Below are positions 20,037 through 29,841 of a stretch of DNA of 58,487 bases, piece by piece; within the stretch, counting starts at the first letter, position 1, and the number at the start of each line of letters is the position of its first letter. This DNA is from Gemmatimonadales bacterium (GTDB lineage Bacteria; Gemmatimonadota; Gemmatimonadetes; Gemmatimonadales; Gemmatimonadaceae), in the NCBI GenBank assembly GCA_038232435.1, contig JBBSHV010000001.1, positions 1 through 58,487 on the forward strand. The letters are read 5' to 3'. The notes below the pieces were generated by a model. That model was not told the origin of the DNA. It saw only the letters and a list, made by a program, of their open reading frames with translations, and searched no databases. A program made the translations under genes and the position numbers.

Positions 20037-21088
20037 GTGGCCCCGAATCCAGCGGCGACATACCGGTGTCATCGCTGGATTACCGGGCAGCCGGCGTCGA
20101 TGTAACTCGCGGCGATAACGCAAAGCGCGGCATACGCGCGCTCGTGCAATCGACATACACCTCGGGCGTGCGCGGCGCGTTCGGCGCGTTCGGTGGAATG
20201 TTTCGCGTGCCAACTGACGTGAACAAGCCGCTGTTGGTGTCCTCCGCTGATGGAGTGGGTACCAAGATAAAAGTCGCGATCGAAGCAGGGCGGCATGACA
20301 CTGTCGGCCACGACCTTGTGAACCACTGCGTCAACGACATACTGGTGCAGGGCGCGCGACCGCTATTCTTTCTGGACTATGTCGCATTCGGCAAGCTCGA
20401 CGCGTCGGTACTCGACTTGGTGATTACCGGAGTCGCGGCCGGTTGTCGGGAGAATGGCTGTGCGCTGCTCGGCGGCGAAACAGCGGAGATGCCGGGCGTG
20501 TACTCGCCGCCGGACTATGACCTCGCTGGTTTCGTCGTGGGATGCGTCGGCGAGGATGATGTGCTGGGAACTGAGCGGGTCCGCGCAGGCGATACGCTCG
20601 TCGCACTCGCGAGCGGCGGGCTGCATACCAACGGTTACTCACTCGCGCGCAAGATAGTGGGCGAGCGCATGCGCCTTTCACCGCTGGACACGTTCCCGGG
20701 TGCGGAGGTGAGCGTGGCGGATGTTCTGTTGGCGCCGCACACATCGTATCTTGTGGCGCTGACACCCGTGTTGCGCCAGGTGCATGCGCTTGCCCACGTC
20801 ACCGGCGGCGGAATTCCGGGGAACCTCGATCGAGCGCTTCCTCACGATCTGGACGCAATCGTCGATACGGCGAGCTGGGCTGTGCCAGCGGTATTCGCTG
20901 AGCTCGAAGCCGCCGGCGCCGTACCGCGCGACGAAATGTTCCGCACCTTCAACATGGGTGTGGGAATGGTCGCAATCTGTGACTCGGAACAAGCGGGCGC
21001 CGTCATCAGTAGTGCGGCGCGCGCGGGAATTACTGCATGGGTTCTGGGCGGTGTTCGCCCAGGCACCGGGCGCGTCGTTCTCAACTAG
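20033..21088 (+). CDS. purM: phosphoribosylformylglycinamidine cyclo-ligase (AIR synthetase)
   Basis: Lies in the frame of ORF 19544..21088. GTG 20033 overlaps the pfkB-like stop. Contains LDYRAAGVDVTRGDNA, SADGVGTKIKVA and GGETAEMPGVY. Confidence 0.9.
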   Translation: MSGPESSGDIPVSSLDYRAAGVDVTRGDNAKRGIRALVQSTYTSGVRGAFGAFGGMFRVPTDVNKPLLVSSADGVGTKIKVAIEAGRHDTVGHDLVNHCVNDILVQGARPLFFLDYVAFGKLDASVLDLVITGVAAGCRENGCALLGGETAEMPGVYSPPDYDLAGFVVGCVGEDDVLGTERVRAGDTLVALASGGLHTNGYSLARKIVGERMRLSPLDTFPGAEVSVADVLLAPHTSYLVALTPVLRQVHALAHVTGGGIPGNLDRALPHDLDAIVDTASWAVPAVFAELEAAGAVPRDEMFRTFNMGVGMVAICDSEQAGAVISSAARAGITAWVLGGVRPGTGRVVLN

Positions 21089-21104
21089 GATGAGAGGAGC
21101 CAGA

Positions 21105-22103
21105 ATGAGATTTAAATCGTTGATCGGATTCGCGACGCTGTTCGGTGCGGCCATGCCGTTGGCCGCGCAGGGCGTCAGTAATCAGTGCACCACCGGCTTT
21201 ACCCAGGATGCCTGCCAGAAGACCGTCGACATATTCCAGTATCTGGCGCCGCAGCTCGGCGTGATCATCTCCGGTGGTAACGCAACGCTCGGCGTCGGCG
21301 GGACGATTGGCGGACTTGGGCGTATCTACGTCAGTGGTCGCGCGAACATAGTGTCGGCCGACATTCCGCGTGTGGATCAGGTCACGCCTTCGCAAAGCGG
21401 TGCGCGATCCGACCAGTATCCGACGCAAAGCCAGATCGCCGGAATTCCGCAAGCTGATGTGGCGATCGGCATCTTCCGTGGCATTCCAGTGGGCGTGACG
21501 AATGTGGGCGGTCTCGATCTACTGGTGAACGCTACGTACCTCCCGTCCGTCAGCGCGGCTGGCGTCAATCTGCGCGTTCCTAACGGCTCGCTCAAGTTCG
21601 GCGCGGGCGCACGGCTCGGGATCATCCAGGAAAGCATTCTCTTTCCCGGCATCTCGGTAACGTATCTCCGGCGCAGCCTCCCAACTGTCGACGTGAACGC
21701 CGCGACCGGTCGTGATACACTGCGCGTTGAGGGGCTCGACATCACGACTGATTCGTGGCGTGTTGTCGCGAGCAAGAGCTTGTTGGGCTTCGGCCTCGCG
21801 GCCGGTGTGGGGCAGGACCGTGTCAACTCGGACGCAAGCGCAAGCGCGATTGTTAGCCAATGTTCCGGGATCTGTCCGGCAATCTACCCCCGTCCATCCA
21901 CCGTGGGTCCTATCGCTCTGACCCAGAATATCACGCGCACCACTTATTTCCTCGACGCCTCGCTCGGCCTGCCGTTCGTGCGCTTAATCGGCGAGATCGG
22001 CCGGACCGGGTCCGTGAATATCCCCACATTCAATACTTTCGCGGGTTCCGCGCCTGGCGCGGCGCGCACGTTCGGTGCGCTGGGCGTGCGCGTGGGACTG
22101 TAG
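21105..22103 (+). CDS. hypothetical secreted / outer-membrane protein
   Basis: ATG 21105 is preceded by GAGGAG. Signal peptide MRFKSLIGFATLFGAAMPLAAQG. G/S/T/V-rich alternating beta pattern to the C-terminus (...RTFGALGVRVGL). No family recognised. Confidence 0.55.
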   Translation: MRFKSLIGFATLFGAAMPLAAQGVSNQCTTGFTQDACQKTVDIFQYLAPQLGVIISGGNATLGVGGTIGGLGRIYVSGRANIVSADIPRVDQVTPSQSGARSDQYPTQSQIAGIPQADVAIGIFRGIPVGVTNVGGLDLLVNATYLPSVSAAGVNLRVPNGSLKFGAGARLGIIQESILFPGISVTYLRRSLPTVDVNAATGRDTLRVEGLDITTDSWRVVASKSLLGFGLAAGVGQDRVNSDASASAIVSQCSGICPAIYPRPSTVGPIALTQNITRTTYFLDASLGLPFVRLIGEIGRTGSVNIPTFNTFAGSAPGAARTFGALGVRVGL

Positions 22104-22107
22104 CAAC

Positions 22108-23136
22108 GTGCCGGGAGAGCGTGACGAAGAGTACATGCGTCGCGCACTCTCGCTGGCCGAGCGCGGGTGGGGACAGACGGCGCCGAACCCGATGGTCGGC
22201 GCCGTTGTCGTACGGGACGGCAACATTGTCGGGGAAGGGTGGCACCGGCGATCCGGTGAAGCGCACGCGGAGGTAAATGCGCTCCGTGCGGCCGGTGATT
22301 CCGCGCGAGACAGTACACTGTACGTAACGCTCGAGCCATGCAATCACTGGGGCAAGACTCCGCCGTGCACTGATGCTATCATCGCCTCGGGCGTGAAGTG
22401 CGTGGTAATCGCTGCGGACGATCCAGGCGCAAACTCCGGCGGCGGTGCGGAGCGGCTACAAGAGTACGGGATCGACCTCGTAAAGGGAGTGTGCGAGAAC
22501 GACGCCCGCGAGTTGAACGCACCGTTCTTTCATTCGTTCACCTCCACCTCCGACCGCCCGTGGGTAACGCTCAAACTCGCGCTTTCGATCGACGGCGCCA
22601 TCGCCGATGAGCAACGATCGACCGGATGGCTCACGAATGAGCGATCACGCGCAGAAGTGCACCGGATGCGCGCCAACTCGGACGCGATTGCGGTTGGAGC
22701 GGGAACATATCTGGCCGATTCTCCCGAGCTGACTGTCCGTGGAGAGATCGCTCCACGAGTTCCACCGTTGCGCGTGATTTTCGACCGCGCCGGCCTACTG
22801 GACCAATCTGGAACAACTGTTCAAAGAGCGTCCGACGCTGGATTGATAGTCATCCGCGACGCGGATACGCATGCTACGTTGCGCCAACTGCGCTCCCGTG
22901 GCGTCGGATCGCTGCTCGTCGAGGGTGGCGCTGGATTGGCATCGGAGCTACTCGATGCTGATGTAGTGGACAGGCTGGTTATCTTTCAGGCACCCATCAT
23001 TCTCGGCCGCGGCGGTCTGCATGCATTCGACAACGCCGAGGCTCGCACCGTGCGGGCGGCACGCCGGTTCCAGGTGCTGAGGCGGCAGGAGCTGGGAGAT
23101 GACTTGATGACGATATACGCCACGCGCGCTGTTTGA
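22108..23136 (+). CDS. ribD: bifunctional riboflavin biosynthesis deaminase/reductase RibD
   Basis: Contains MRRALSLAERGWGQTAPNPMVGAVVV, HAEVNAL, LEPCNHWGKTPPC and a reductase C-terminus. Start taken at GTG 22108; ORF-track start 22075 and ATG 22135 are alternatives. Confidence 0.85.
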   Translation: MPGERDEEYMRRALSLAERGWGQTAPNPMVGAVVVRDGNIVGEGWHRRSGEAHAEVNALRAAGDSARDSTLYVTLEPCNHWGKTPPCTDAIIASGVKCVVIAADDPGANSGGGAERLQEYGIDLVKGVCENDARELNAPFFHSFTSTSDRPWVTLKLALSIDGAIADEQRSTGWLTNERSRAEVHRMRANSDAIAVGAGTYLADSPELTVRGEIAPRVPPLRVIFDRAGLLDQSGTTVQRASDAGLIVIRDADTHATLRQLRSRGVGSLLVEGGAGLASELLDADVVDRLVIFQAPIILGRGGLHAFDNAEARTVRAARRFQVLRRQELGDDLMTIYATRAV

Positions 23137-23736
23137 ATGTTCACCGGACTTGTTGACGACGTTGGAGCTATTGAGCGTGTCACTGACACGGAGGCGGGGC
23201 GTGAGCTTCGGATCCGCTGCCAGTACGATGATATCATTGCTGGCGAGAGCATCGCGGTGAATGGAGCGTGCATGACAGTCCGCGAGCGCGGCCCAAACTG
23301 GTTCACCTTTGCGACTGTGGTCACCTCGCTGGATCGCACCGCCATCGCGGACTGGTCGACGGGGATGAGCGTCAATTTGGAGCGATCACTTCGCGCCGGC
23401 GATCGGATGGGTGGCCACATAGTGCAGGGGCACGTTGACGGCGTTGGCGTCGTCCAAAGCGTGTCGCAACGTGCGGATGCCCGGCTCATCGACATCGAGC
23501 TTCCCGAAAATCTTTTTGCTCTGCTCGTGCCGCACGGATCGGTGACCGTGGACGGCGTCAGTCTTACCGTGAACGCTCTTCCGTCGGACAATGTTTTGCA
23601 GATATCCGTAATAGAGTACACGCTCCGGCATACCACCCTCGGCAGGTTGCGCACGGGCTCGCGCGTGCATATCGAGGGCGACGTTATCGGAAAGTACGTG
23701 CGCCGTCTCATGGCTCCATACGCGGAGGCCCGCTGA
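23137..23736 (+). CDS. ribE: riboflavin synthase
   Basis: 199 aa. MFTGLVDDVGAIERV..., a duplicated lumazine-binding repeat (GESIAVNGACMTV / GSVTVDGVSLTV). Confidence 0.9.
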   Translation: MFTGLVDDVGAIERVTDTEAGRELRIRCQYDDIIAGESIAVNGACMTVRERGPNWFTFATVVTSLDRTAIADWSTGMSVNLERSLRAGDRMGGHIVQGHVDGVGVVQSVSQRADARLIDIELPENLFALLVPHGSVTVDGVSLTVNALPSDNVLQISVIEYTLRHTTLGRLRTGSRVHIEGDVIGKYVRRLMAPYAEAR

Positions 23737-24986
23737 TGTCCGAGATCACTCAACAGTCACACCGTTCAGCCGCTTCCGACCCCGTACACGATTCGGTGGA
23801 GCAGGCGCTGCGCGACATTGCCGCTGGCAAGATGGTGATAGTCGCGGACGATGACAACCGCGAGAACGAGGGCGACCTGATCTGTGCAGCCGAACGGGTG
23901 TCTGCGGAGATGGTGAATTTCATGATTCGGCGCGCGGGCGGGCTCATCTGTTTGGCGCTCACCGGCGAGCGGGCCGATCATCTCGATCTGCCGCAGATGA
24001 GCGAGTTCAACACCGAGGAGCAGAGCACCGCATTCACGGTAAGCATCGATGCGGGACCGCGCTTCGGAGTCACTACCGGCATCAGCGCGCAGGACAGAGC
24101 CACAACCATTCGCGTCGCCGTTGACCCACTCACTGACCGTCGCGACCTTCGCCGTCCCGGCCACGTGTTTCCGCTCCGCGCTCGCGACGGCGGCGTGCTC
24201 CAGCGTGTGGGACACACCGAGGCGGCTGTTGATCTGGCGCGTCTCGCGGGGATGGGGGCCGCCGGTGTCATATGCGAGATCCTGAACGAAGACGGCACCG
24301 CCGCGCGCCGAGCGGAGCTTCAGGCATTCGCGCGCGAGCACAAGCTAACTTTCATAACCGTTGCGCAGTTAGTCGCGTATCGGCTGCGCACTGAGCGTCT
24401 CGTTCACCGTCTGGCCGAAGCGAGGCTTCCCACCGATCGCGGCGAATGGCGCATTATCGGCTACCGCAACGACGTTGATCAGCATGAGCACGTGGCGCTC
24501 GTCCACGGCGACGTGCAGGGCAAGGAAGGTGTGCTCGTACGAATGCACTCCAAGTGCCTGACCGGCGATGTGTTTCACTCGCAGCGATGCGACTGTGGCT
24601 GGCAGCTCGAGACGGCGATGGAGATGATCCAACACGAAGGGCGAGGCGCGATCGTGTACCTGGATCAGGAAGGGCGCGGAATTGGATTGCTCAACAAGCT
24701 CAAAGCATACCAGCTTCAGGATCAGGGCAAGGATACGGTCGAAGCGAATGAGGCGCTCGGCTTCGGACCGGATCTGCGCAGCTACGGGATTGGTGCGCAG
24801 ATTCTGCTCGATCTCGGACTGCATTCGATTCGCGTACTCACGAACAATCCGCGCAAGATTGTTGGCCTGGAAGGATATGGCCTCGCCGTCGAAGATCGTG
24901 TTCCGATCGTGCCGCCCGAGACAAGTGAAAACGCCGAGTATCTCAAGACCAAGCAGACGAAGCTGGGCCACCTGCTAGCTTCGTGA
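23736..24986 (+). CDS. ribBA: bifunctional 3,4-dihydroxy-2-butanone-4-phosphate synthase / GTP cyclohydrolase II
   Basis: 416 aa. Contains DDDNRENEGDLICAAE, RVGHTEAAVDLARLAG and HSKCLTGDVFHSQRCDCG. Confidence 0.9.
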   Translation: MSEITQQSHRSAASDPVHDSVEQALRDIAAGKMVIVADDDNRENEGDLICAAERVSAEMVNFMIRRAGGLICLALTGERADHLDLPQMSEFNTEEQSTAFTVSIDAGPRFGVTTGISAQDRATTIRVAVDPLTDRRDLRRPGHVFPLRARDGGVLQRVGHTEAAVDLARLAGMGAAGVICEILNEDGTAARRAELQAFAREHKLTFITVAQLVAYRLRTERLVHRLAEARLPTDRGEWRIIGYRNDVDQHEHVALVHGDVQGKEGVLVRMHSKCLTGDVFHSQRCDCGWQLETAMEMIQHEGRGAIVYLDQEGRGIGLLNKLKAYQLQDQGKDTVEANEALGFGPDLRSYGIGAQILLDLGLHSIRVLTNNPRKIVGLEGYGLAVEDRVPIVPPETSENAEYLKTKQTKLGHLLAS

Positions 24987-24994
24987 GGACGTAA

Positions 24995-25474
24995 ATGGCA
25001 GAGTTTTCCGGCACACCTCGCGGCGTGGGGCGTCGCGTCGCGGTTGTGGCGAGCCGTTTCAATGAGACAATCACGACCCGCCTCGTCGACGGCGCACTCG
25101 AGGCGCTTCTGCAGCACGGGGTCGCGCTCGACGACGTCGACGTTATCTGGGTGCCCGGTGCGTGGGAGTTGCCGCTCGCGGCGCGTCGCGCACTCGGCTC
25201 CGCGCGCTATGACCTGCTGGTCGCTGTGGGCGCGGTGATTCGCGGCGGTACACCACACTTCGAGTTCGTCGCGACCGAAGCGTCGCGCGGGCTTTCCACG
25301 CTCGCAGCTGATGCCGAGCTTCCGGTGGGATTCGGCCTGCTCACTTGCGATGACATGGAGCAGGCAGCCGCGCGTGCCGGCGGATTGCACGGAAACAAGG
25401 GTTGGGACGCGGCACTCGCCGCACTCGAGTTAGCCGACGTGCTGGACCAGATAGAGCCTGTCGGTGCGGACTGA
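24995..25474 (+). CDS. ribH: 6,7-dimethyl-8-ribityllumazine synthase
   Basis: 159 aa. Contains VAVVASRFNETITTRLVDGA, VPGAWELP and GAVIRGGTPHFEFV. Confidence 0.9.
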   Translation: MAEFSGTPRGVGRRVAVVASRFNETITTRLVDGALEALLQHGVALDDVDVIWVPGAWELPLAARRALGSARYDLLVAVGAVIRGGTPHFEFVATEASRGLSTLAADAELPVGFGLLTCDDMEQAAARAGGLHGNKGWDAALAALELADVLDQIEPVGAD

Positions 25475-25874
25475 GTCGCGAGCGCGGTCACGCGCGTTGC
25501 AGGCACTCTACGCGTGGGACGTGAGAGGCAGCGCACCGCTCGATCGCGTCGCGCAGCAGGTCTTCGACGATCTCGCCGTCGCGCCCGAAGAGCGCAGCTT
25601 CGCCGGGTTCATAGTTCGCACACTGCTCGCTCGCGGCGCGGAGATCGACGCCGATCTCACTGAGGTCACCGCCAACTGGCGCCTGAGCAGGCTTGGCGCC
25701 ATTGATCGGTCGGTGCTCCGTTTGGCCGCGGCCGAGTTACTGATGGGGACGACTCCGCCTCGCGTTGTGATCAAGGAATCGGTGCGGCTGGCGGAACGCT
25801 TCGGCACCGCGCGCAGCGCCAAGTTCGTCAACGGTGTGCTGGACGCGTTTGCACGCAAACACGGGTTGCTGTAG
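25464..25874 (+). CDS. nusB: transcription antitermination factor NusB
   Basis: 136 aa. Contains SRARSRALQALYAWDV ... DRSVLRLAAAELL ... PPRVVIKESVRLAERFG..SAKFVNGVLD. Confidence 0.85.
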   Translation: MRTESRARSRALQALYAWDVRGSAPLDRVAQQVFDDLAVAPEERSFAGFIVRTLLARGAEIDADLTEVTANWRLSRLGAIDRSVLRLAAAELLMGTTPPRVVIKESVRLAERFGTARSAKFVNGVLDAFARKHGLL

Positions 25875-25877
25875 TAA

Positions 25878-26981
25878 TTGCGGATTCTAGTCGTCAACTG
25901 GCAGGACCGGGAAAATCCGCACGCTGGCGGCGCGGAGCTGCATCTGCACGAAGTCTTCGGGCGAATCGCGCAGGCTGGACATCCGGTAGAGCTGCTTTGC
26001 AGCGGGTTCGATGGCGCGCCATCGCAGGCGATGCTGGACGGAATTCGCGTGCATCGCGTGGGCTCGCGCTTCACCTTCCCGCTTCACGCCGGCCGCGCGT
26101 ACCGGGCACTGGCACGAACGCGGGAGTACGATGTGGTGGTCGAGGACCTCAACAAGATCCCGCTCTTCACGACGCGGTGGAACCCGAGACGTCTCGTTGT
26201 GCTCACCCACCATCTGTTTGGCGCGACGGCTTTCCGTGAGGAGTCCGTTCCGATCGCGGCGGCCACGTGGCTCGCCGAGCGGCCGCTGGCCGCAGCGTAT
26301 CACGGCATTCCCTTTCAGGCCGTGAGCCAGAGCACGCGCGATGACCTGGTCCTGCGCGGCATTTCTGATGATAATATCCGCGTCATCTACAATGGCGTGG
26401 ATGTTACCGCGTTGAATCCCAATCCGAACGATCGTTCGAGACTGCCTCTATTCTCCTATGTAGGCCGGCTCAAACGATACAAGCGCGTCGACATCGTCAT
26501 CCGTGCATTTGCACTACTGGACCGGCCGGACGCTCGGCTGGAGATTGCGGGGAAGGGCGATGACCGCGAGCGGCTGGAGGATCTCGTCGCCAAGCTGAAG
26601 CTGGACGACAGGGTGCGTTTCCTCGGGTTCGTCAGTGAAGCAGAGAAGGCGAAGTTGCTTAGAAGATCCTGGGCGACCGTACTGGCCTCTCCCAAAGAGG
26701 GGTGGGGGATAAGTAACTTGGAATCGGCAGCGTCCGGCACTCCGGTGATCGCGGCGGATTCGCCTGGCATTCGGGAATCCGTGGTTGATGGCGACACCGG
26801 TTTTCTCGTTCCGGGATCGGATGTTGCCGCATATGCGGCGGCGATGCGCGGGCTGGTAGAATCGCCGGGGCTCGTTGCCGTACTGGGCGCCAACGCGCGT
26901 CGCTTCGCCGAAACGTTTACCTGGAACCGCGCCGCGGCAGAAACGCTGGCGCACCTTCAACTTGTTACCAATGGAGCGTAG
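25878..26981 (+). CDS. glycosyltransferase family 4 (GT-B, GT1-type C-terminal domain)
   Basis: 367 aa starting at TTG. Contains MRILVVNWQD..GGAELH and the C-terminal EGWGISNLESAASGTPVIAADSPGIRESV (EX7E region). Confidence 0.8.
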   Translation: MRILVVNWQDRENPHAGGAELHLHEVFGRIAQAGHPVELLCSGFDGAPSQAMLDGIRVHRVGSRFTFPLHAGRAYRALARTREYDVVVEDLNKIPLFTTRWNPRRLVVLTHHLFGATAFREESVPIAAATWLAERPLAAAYHGIPFQAVSQSTRDDLVLRGISDDNIRVIYNGVDVTALNPNPNDRSRLPLFSYVGRLKRYKRVDIVIRAFALLDRPDARLEIAGKGDDRERLEDLVAKLKLDDRVRFLGFVSEAEKAKLLRRSWATVLASPKEGWGISNLESAASGTPVIAADSPGIRESVVDGDTGFLVPGSDVAAYAAAMRGLVESPGLVAVLGANARRFAETFTWNRAAAETLAHLQLVTNGA

Positions 26982-26982
26982 C

Positions 26983-27297
26983 ATGGAGATCAAGACCCAC
27001 GGACACCACATCGAGATTACCAACGGCCTGCGACTGAAGGCAGAAGACGCCGCGCGCAAGCTGGCCGAACATCTCCAGCGGGCCGTCAACGCCGACATCT
27101 GGTTTGGAGAGGACGGCGTCATGAAAACCGTGGAAATAGTGCTGCACGCTCCCAAGTACAAGAACCTGGTGGCCAAAGCCGAAGCCAAGTATCACGAGCC
27201 CGCATTGGCTGACGCTGTGGCAAAGCTGGATGCGCAAATCCGCAAGCTGAAGAGCGCCAAGAAAAAGCAGGTGCACGGGGTAGAGCTGCGCGCGTGA
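26983..27297 (+). CDS. hpf: ribosome hibernation promoting factor (short HPF/RaiA family)
   Basis: Protein reads MEIKTHGHHIEITNGLRLKAEDAARKLAEHLQRAVNADIWFGEDGVMKTVEIVLHAPKYKNLVAKAEAKYHEPALADAVAKLDAQIRKLK, the sigma54-modulation/S30AE pattern. Confidence 0.8.
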   Translation: MEIKTHGHHIEITNGLRLKAEDAARKLAEHLQRAVNADIWFGEDGVMKTVEIVLHAPKYKNLVAKAEAKYHEPALADAVAKLDAQIRKLKSAKKKQVHGVELRA

Positions 27298-28265
27298 CGC
27301 GCAATCCCACAGTCGGCGAGCTGTTCGAGCGTCTGGCCGAGCCACTTCGGCTGGAAGATATGGGTGCGGGAACGGGGTTCGATCGCATCGTTCCTGGTCC
27401 CGACATATCTAGCCCGGGGCTGGTGCTCGCCGGCTACGTGGGGCGCTTCGTTTCCGATCGGCTGCAGGTGCTCGGCGAAACAGAGGTTACATACCTCAGC
27501 TCACTCGACGCCGCCCGCCGGCGCGAGGTGATCGAGCTGTTCCTCGCCTTTGAGCTTCCGGTGGTCTTCATAACCAAGGGGCAAACCCCACCGGCCGGTA
27601 TGGTGGATCTGGCGCGCCGGCGAGGAACGGCAATCATCCGCACCGCACTGAAGACGGCGGACTTCTATCGCGGCGTGAAGCCGGCGCTGGAGGAGCTTTT
27701 CGCACCCTCGGCCACGCTGCATGGATCGCTAGCGGACGTGTACGGCGTAGGTCTATTCTTCACCGGCAAGAGCGGAATTGGAAAGTCGGAGTGCGTTCTC
27801 GATCTGGTGGAGCGCGGTCATCGACTCGTTGCGGATGATCTGGTGATGGCGACGCGGCGCGGCAATGACGTGTTGATCGGCCGGGGTCACGACATGGCGG
27901 CGCATCACATGGAGATCCGCGGCGTTGGGTTGATCAATATCCCATCTATTTTCGGGATCCGCTCAGTGAGGCAGCAAAAGCGCATCGAAGTCGTCGTTCA
28001 ATTGGAAGCATGGGATCAGGATGCGCCAGTGGATCGCACTGGACTGGATACTGCGACGGCGACAATACTCGGCGTTGAGATTCCGCGCATTACGGTACCG
28101 CTCAATCCGGGAAAGAACATCACGGTGATCGCGGAGGTGATCGCTATGAATCATCTCCTGCGCTACTCCGGGATCAACACCGCCGAGCAGTTCAACGACA
28201 AATTGATTCAGCGCATGCATAAGGCCTCTGCCATACGGCAGTATCTGCAGGAGGACACTGAATAG
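27294..28265 (+). CDS. hprK: HPr kinase/phosphorylase
   Basis: 323 aa. P-loop FFTGKSGIGKSECVLDLVERGHRLVADD and MEIRGVGLINI. GTGA overlap with the hpf stop. Confidence 0.9.
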   Translation: MTRNPTVGELFERLAEPLRLEDMGAGTGFDRIVPGPDISSPGLVLAGYVGRFVSDRLQVLGETEVTYLSSLDAARRREVIELFLAFELPVVFITKGQTPPAGMVDLARRRGTAIIRTALKTADFYRGVKPALEELFAPSATLHGSLADVYGVGLFFTGKSGIGKSECVLDLVERGHRLVADDLVMATRRGNDVLIGRGHDMAAHHMEIRGVGLINIPSIFGIRSVRQQKRIEVVVQLEAWDQDAPVDRTGLDTATATILGVEIPRITVPLNPGKNITVIAEVIAMNHLLRYSGINTAEQFNDKLIQRMHKASAIRQYLQEDTE

Positions 28266-28658
28266 ATGGACAGCACAGAGTCCCCGCGCGCCATTGTCGC
28301 CGGTCACGGGATGTTCCCGCACGGAGTGGTGTCGGCGGTGGACCAGATCACGGGGAAAGGGAGCGCACTCGTGGCGTTCTCCAATGCGGGACTCGGACGT
28401 GAAGAAATAGAGAGCGGCCTGCGCCGGCTGCTCGCGCAGCATGGAACGACCGTGATCTTCACAGATCTGCCCGGCGGAAGCACCACTCTGGCCGCGCGCC
28501 GGATCATGCGCGATATCCCGAGCCTTACTGTGATAACGGGTACCAACCTCACGACGCTAATTGATTTCGTGTTCCGCGATGGAACGATGACCGCCGGCGA
28601 AGCCGCGCGGCACGCCGCCGACAGGGGGCGCGCTTCACTCACCGCGATCGGCGGCTGA
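28266..28658 (+). CDS. PTS mannose/fructose/sorbose-family EIIA component
   Basis: 130 aa. Contains AIVAGHGMF (phospho-His region) and FTDLPGGST, with the EIIA-Man fold pattern. Confidence 0.8.
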   Translation: MDSTESPRAIVAGHGMFPHGVVSAVDQITGKGSALVAFSNAGLGREEIESGLRRLLAQHGTTVIFTDLPGGSTTLAARRIMRDIPSLTVITGTNLTTLIDFVFRDGTMTAGEAARHAADRGRASLTAIGG

Positions 28659-29149
28659 TGCCGGTTTCTTTATATCGCATCGACGATCGACTCATACACG
28701 GCCAGGTCGTGGCCGGGTGGGGTCAACCGCTCGGGTTGGGCTACATCGTTCTGGTCGATGATGTCGTCGCAGAATCTGATTGGGAACAGGAGCTGTACCG
28801 ACTGGGCGTGCCCCCGACTGTGGATGTGATCTTTGTGACTGTTGCTCAGGCGGCATGTGACATCGGGCTCTATTCCGCCGACGCGCGCGTTGGTATCCTC
28901 CTGACCGGAACCGTCGAGGCGATGCTCGCGTTGGTGAAGAGCGCTGGCGCGCCAATAGCGGCGGTGAACGTCGGCGGAATTCACCACCGGGAGGACCGTG
29001 CGCAAAAACTGCGCTATGTGTTCCTGACCAAAGACGAGGAACGCGCGCTGCACGAGATTGAGGCGCACGGCGCTGCCGTTACGGCGCAGGATCTTCCATC
29101 AGCTCGCCCACTGTCACTGCCGGAAATTCTACGCGGTGATGCCGCTTGA
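28658..29149 (+). CDS. PTS mannose-family EIIB component
   Basis: 163 aa. N-terminal YRIDDRLIHGQVVAGW is the EIIB-Man phospho-His motif. Confidence 0.85.
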   Translation: MPVSLYRIDDRLIHGQVVAGWGQPLGLGYIVLVDDVVAESDWEQELYRLGVPPTVDVIFVTVAQAACDIGLYSADARVGILLTGTVEAMLALVKSAGAPIAAVNVGGIHHREDRAQKLRYVFLTKDEERALHEIEAHGAAVTAQDLPSARPLSLPEILRGDAA

Positions 29150-29841
29150 GCCCCGCCCCGCTGCTCGTATCCGCCATTCCAGTCGCGCTTCTGGGGGGTG
29201 TGCTCGGGCTCGACATGGTGAGCTTCCCGCAGGTAATGCTGTCGCGTCCGCTCGTGTCGGCGACACTTGCCGGCGCGTTTGTCGGCCGCGCCTCGGCCGG
29301 TCTTCTGATCGGTGTCGTGCTCGAGCTTCTCGCGCTCGAGACGCTTCCATTCGGGGCGTCGCGATACGCGGAGTGGGGAACGGCTGGCGCGGTGGGTGGC
29401 GCGGTGTACGCGGGCCAGCACGTTGGCGCGGCCGGCGCGCTTCCGGTTGCGACATTTGCGGCGCTAGCGACGGCGGTATTCAGCAGTCGAAGCATGGTGT
29501 GGTTGCGACAGTGGAATGCGCGCGACGCGCGACGCATGCGCGCGGCGATCGACGCCGGCTCGGCAAAGGCCGTGAACGCGGCGCAACTCCGTGGCCTGGC
29601 GATGGACTACTTCCGAGGAACGGCGGTGACATTCATCGCACTCGCGGCTCTATACCCGCTTTCGGAGCAACTCGTCGCACTGTGGGGCACCGACGCCGTG
29701 CACTCACGTGCTGTCGTTACCGCACTGGCCGCAACTGTTGCCGCTGGCGCGATATGGACGCTGTGCCACCGCGCCGCGCGCGCCGGCTGGCTCTTCGTCC
29801 TCGGCTTGTGCGCGGGAACCGCAATCCTGTTCCTGCAATGA
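29146..29841 (+). CDS. PTS mannose-family EIIC-like membrane component
   Basis: 231 aa hydrophobic protein (LGLDMVSFPQVMLSRPLVSATLAG...). Sits in IIC position between IIB and IID, with ATGA overlaps on both sides. Confidence 0.7.
   Translation: MSPAPLLVSAIPVALLGGVLGLDMVSFPQVMLSRPLVSATLAGAFVGRASAGLLIGVVLELLALETLPFGASRYAEWGTAGAVGGAVYAGQHVGAAGALPVATFAALATAVFSSRSMVWLRQWNARDARRMRAAIDAGSAKAVNAAQLRGLAMDYFRGTAVTFIALAALYPLSEQLVALWGTDAVHSRAVVTALAATVAAGAIWTLCHRAARAGWLFVLGLCAGTAILFLQ

Noticed and set aside
22075-22110. FMN (RFN) riboswitch expected upstream of ribD
   Set aside because: The upstream gene ends at 22103, so there are only about 4 nt of spacer. No RFN-like conserved core was seen in 21089-21104 or 19054-19118 either.
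29058-29837. N-terminal 260 aa of the 529-aa ORF 29058..30647
   Set aside because: This part is an Arg/Gly-rich out-of-frame read-through of the EIIB and EIIC genes. Only the portion from ATG 29838 (the IID motif QGSWNYE) is credible.
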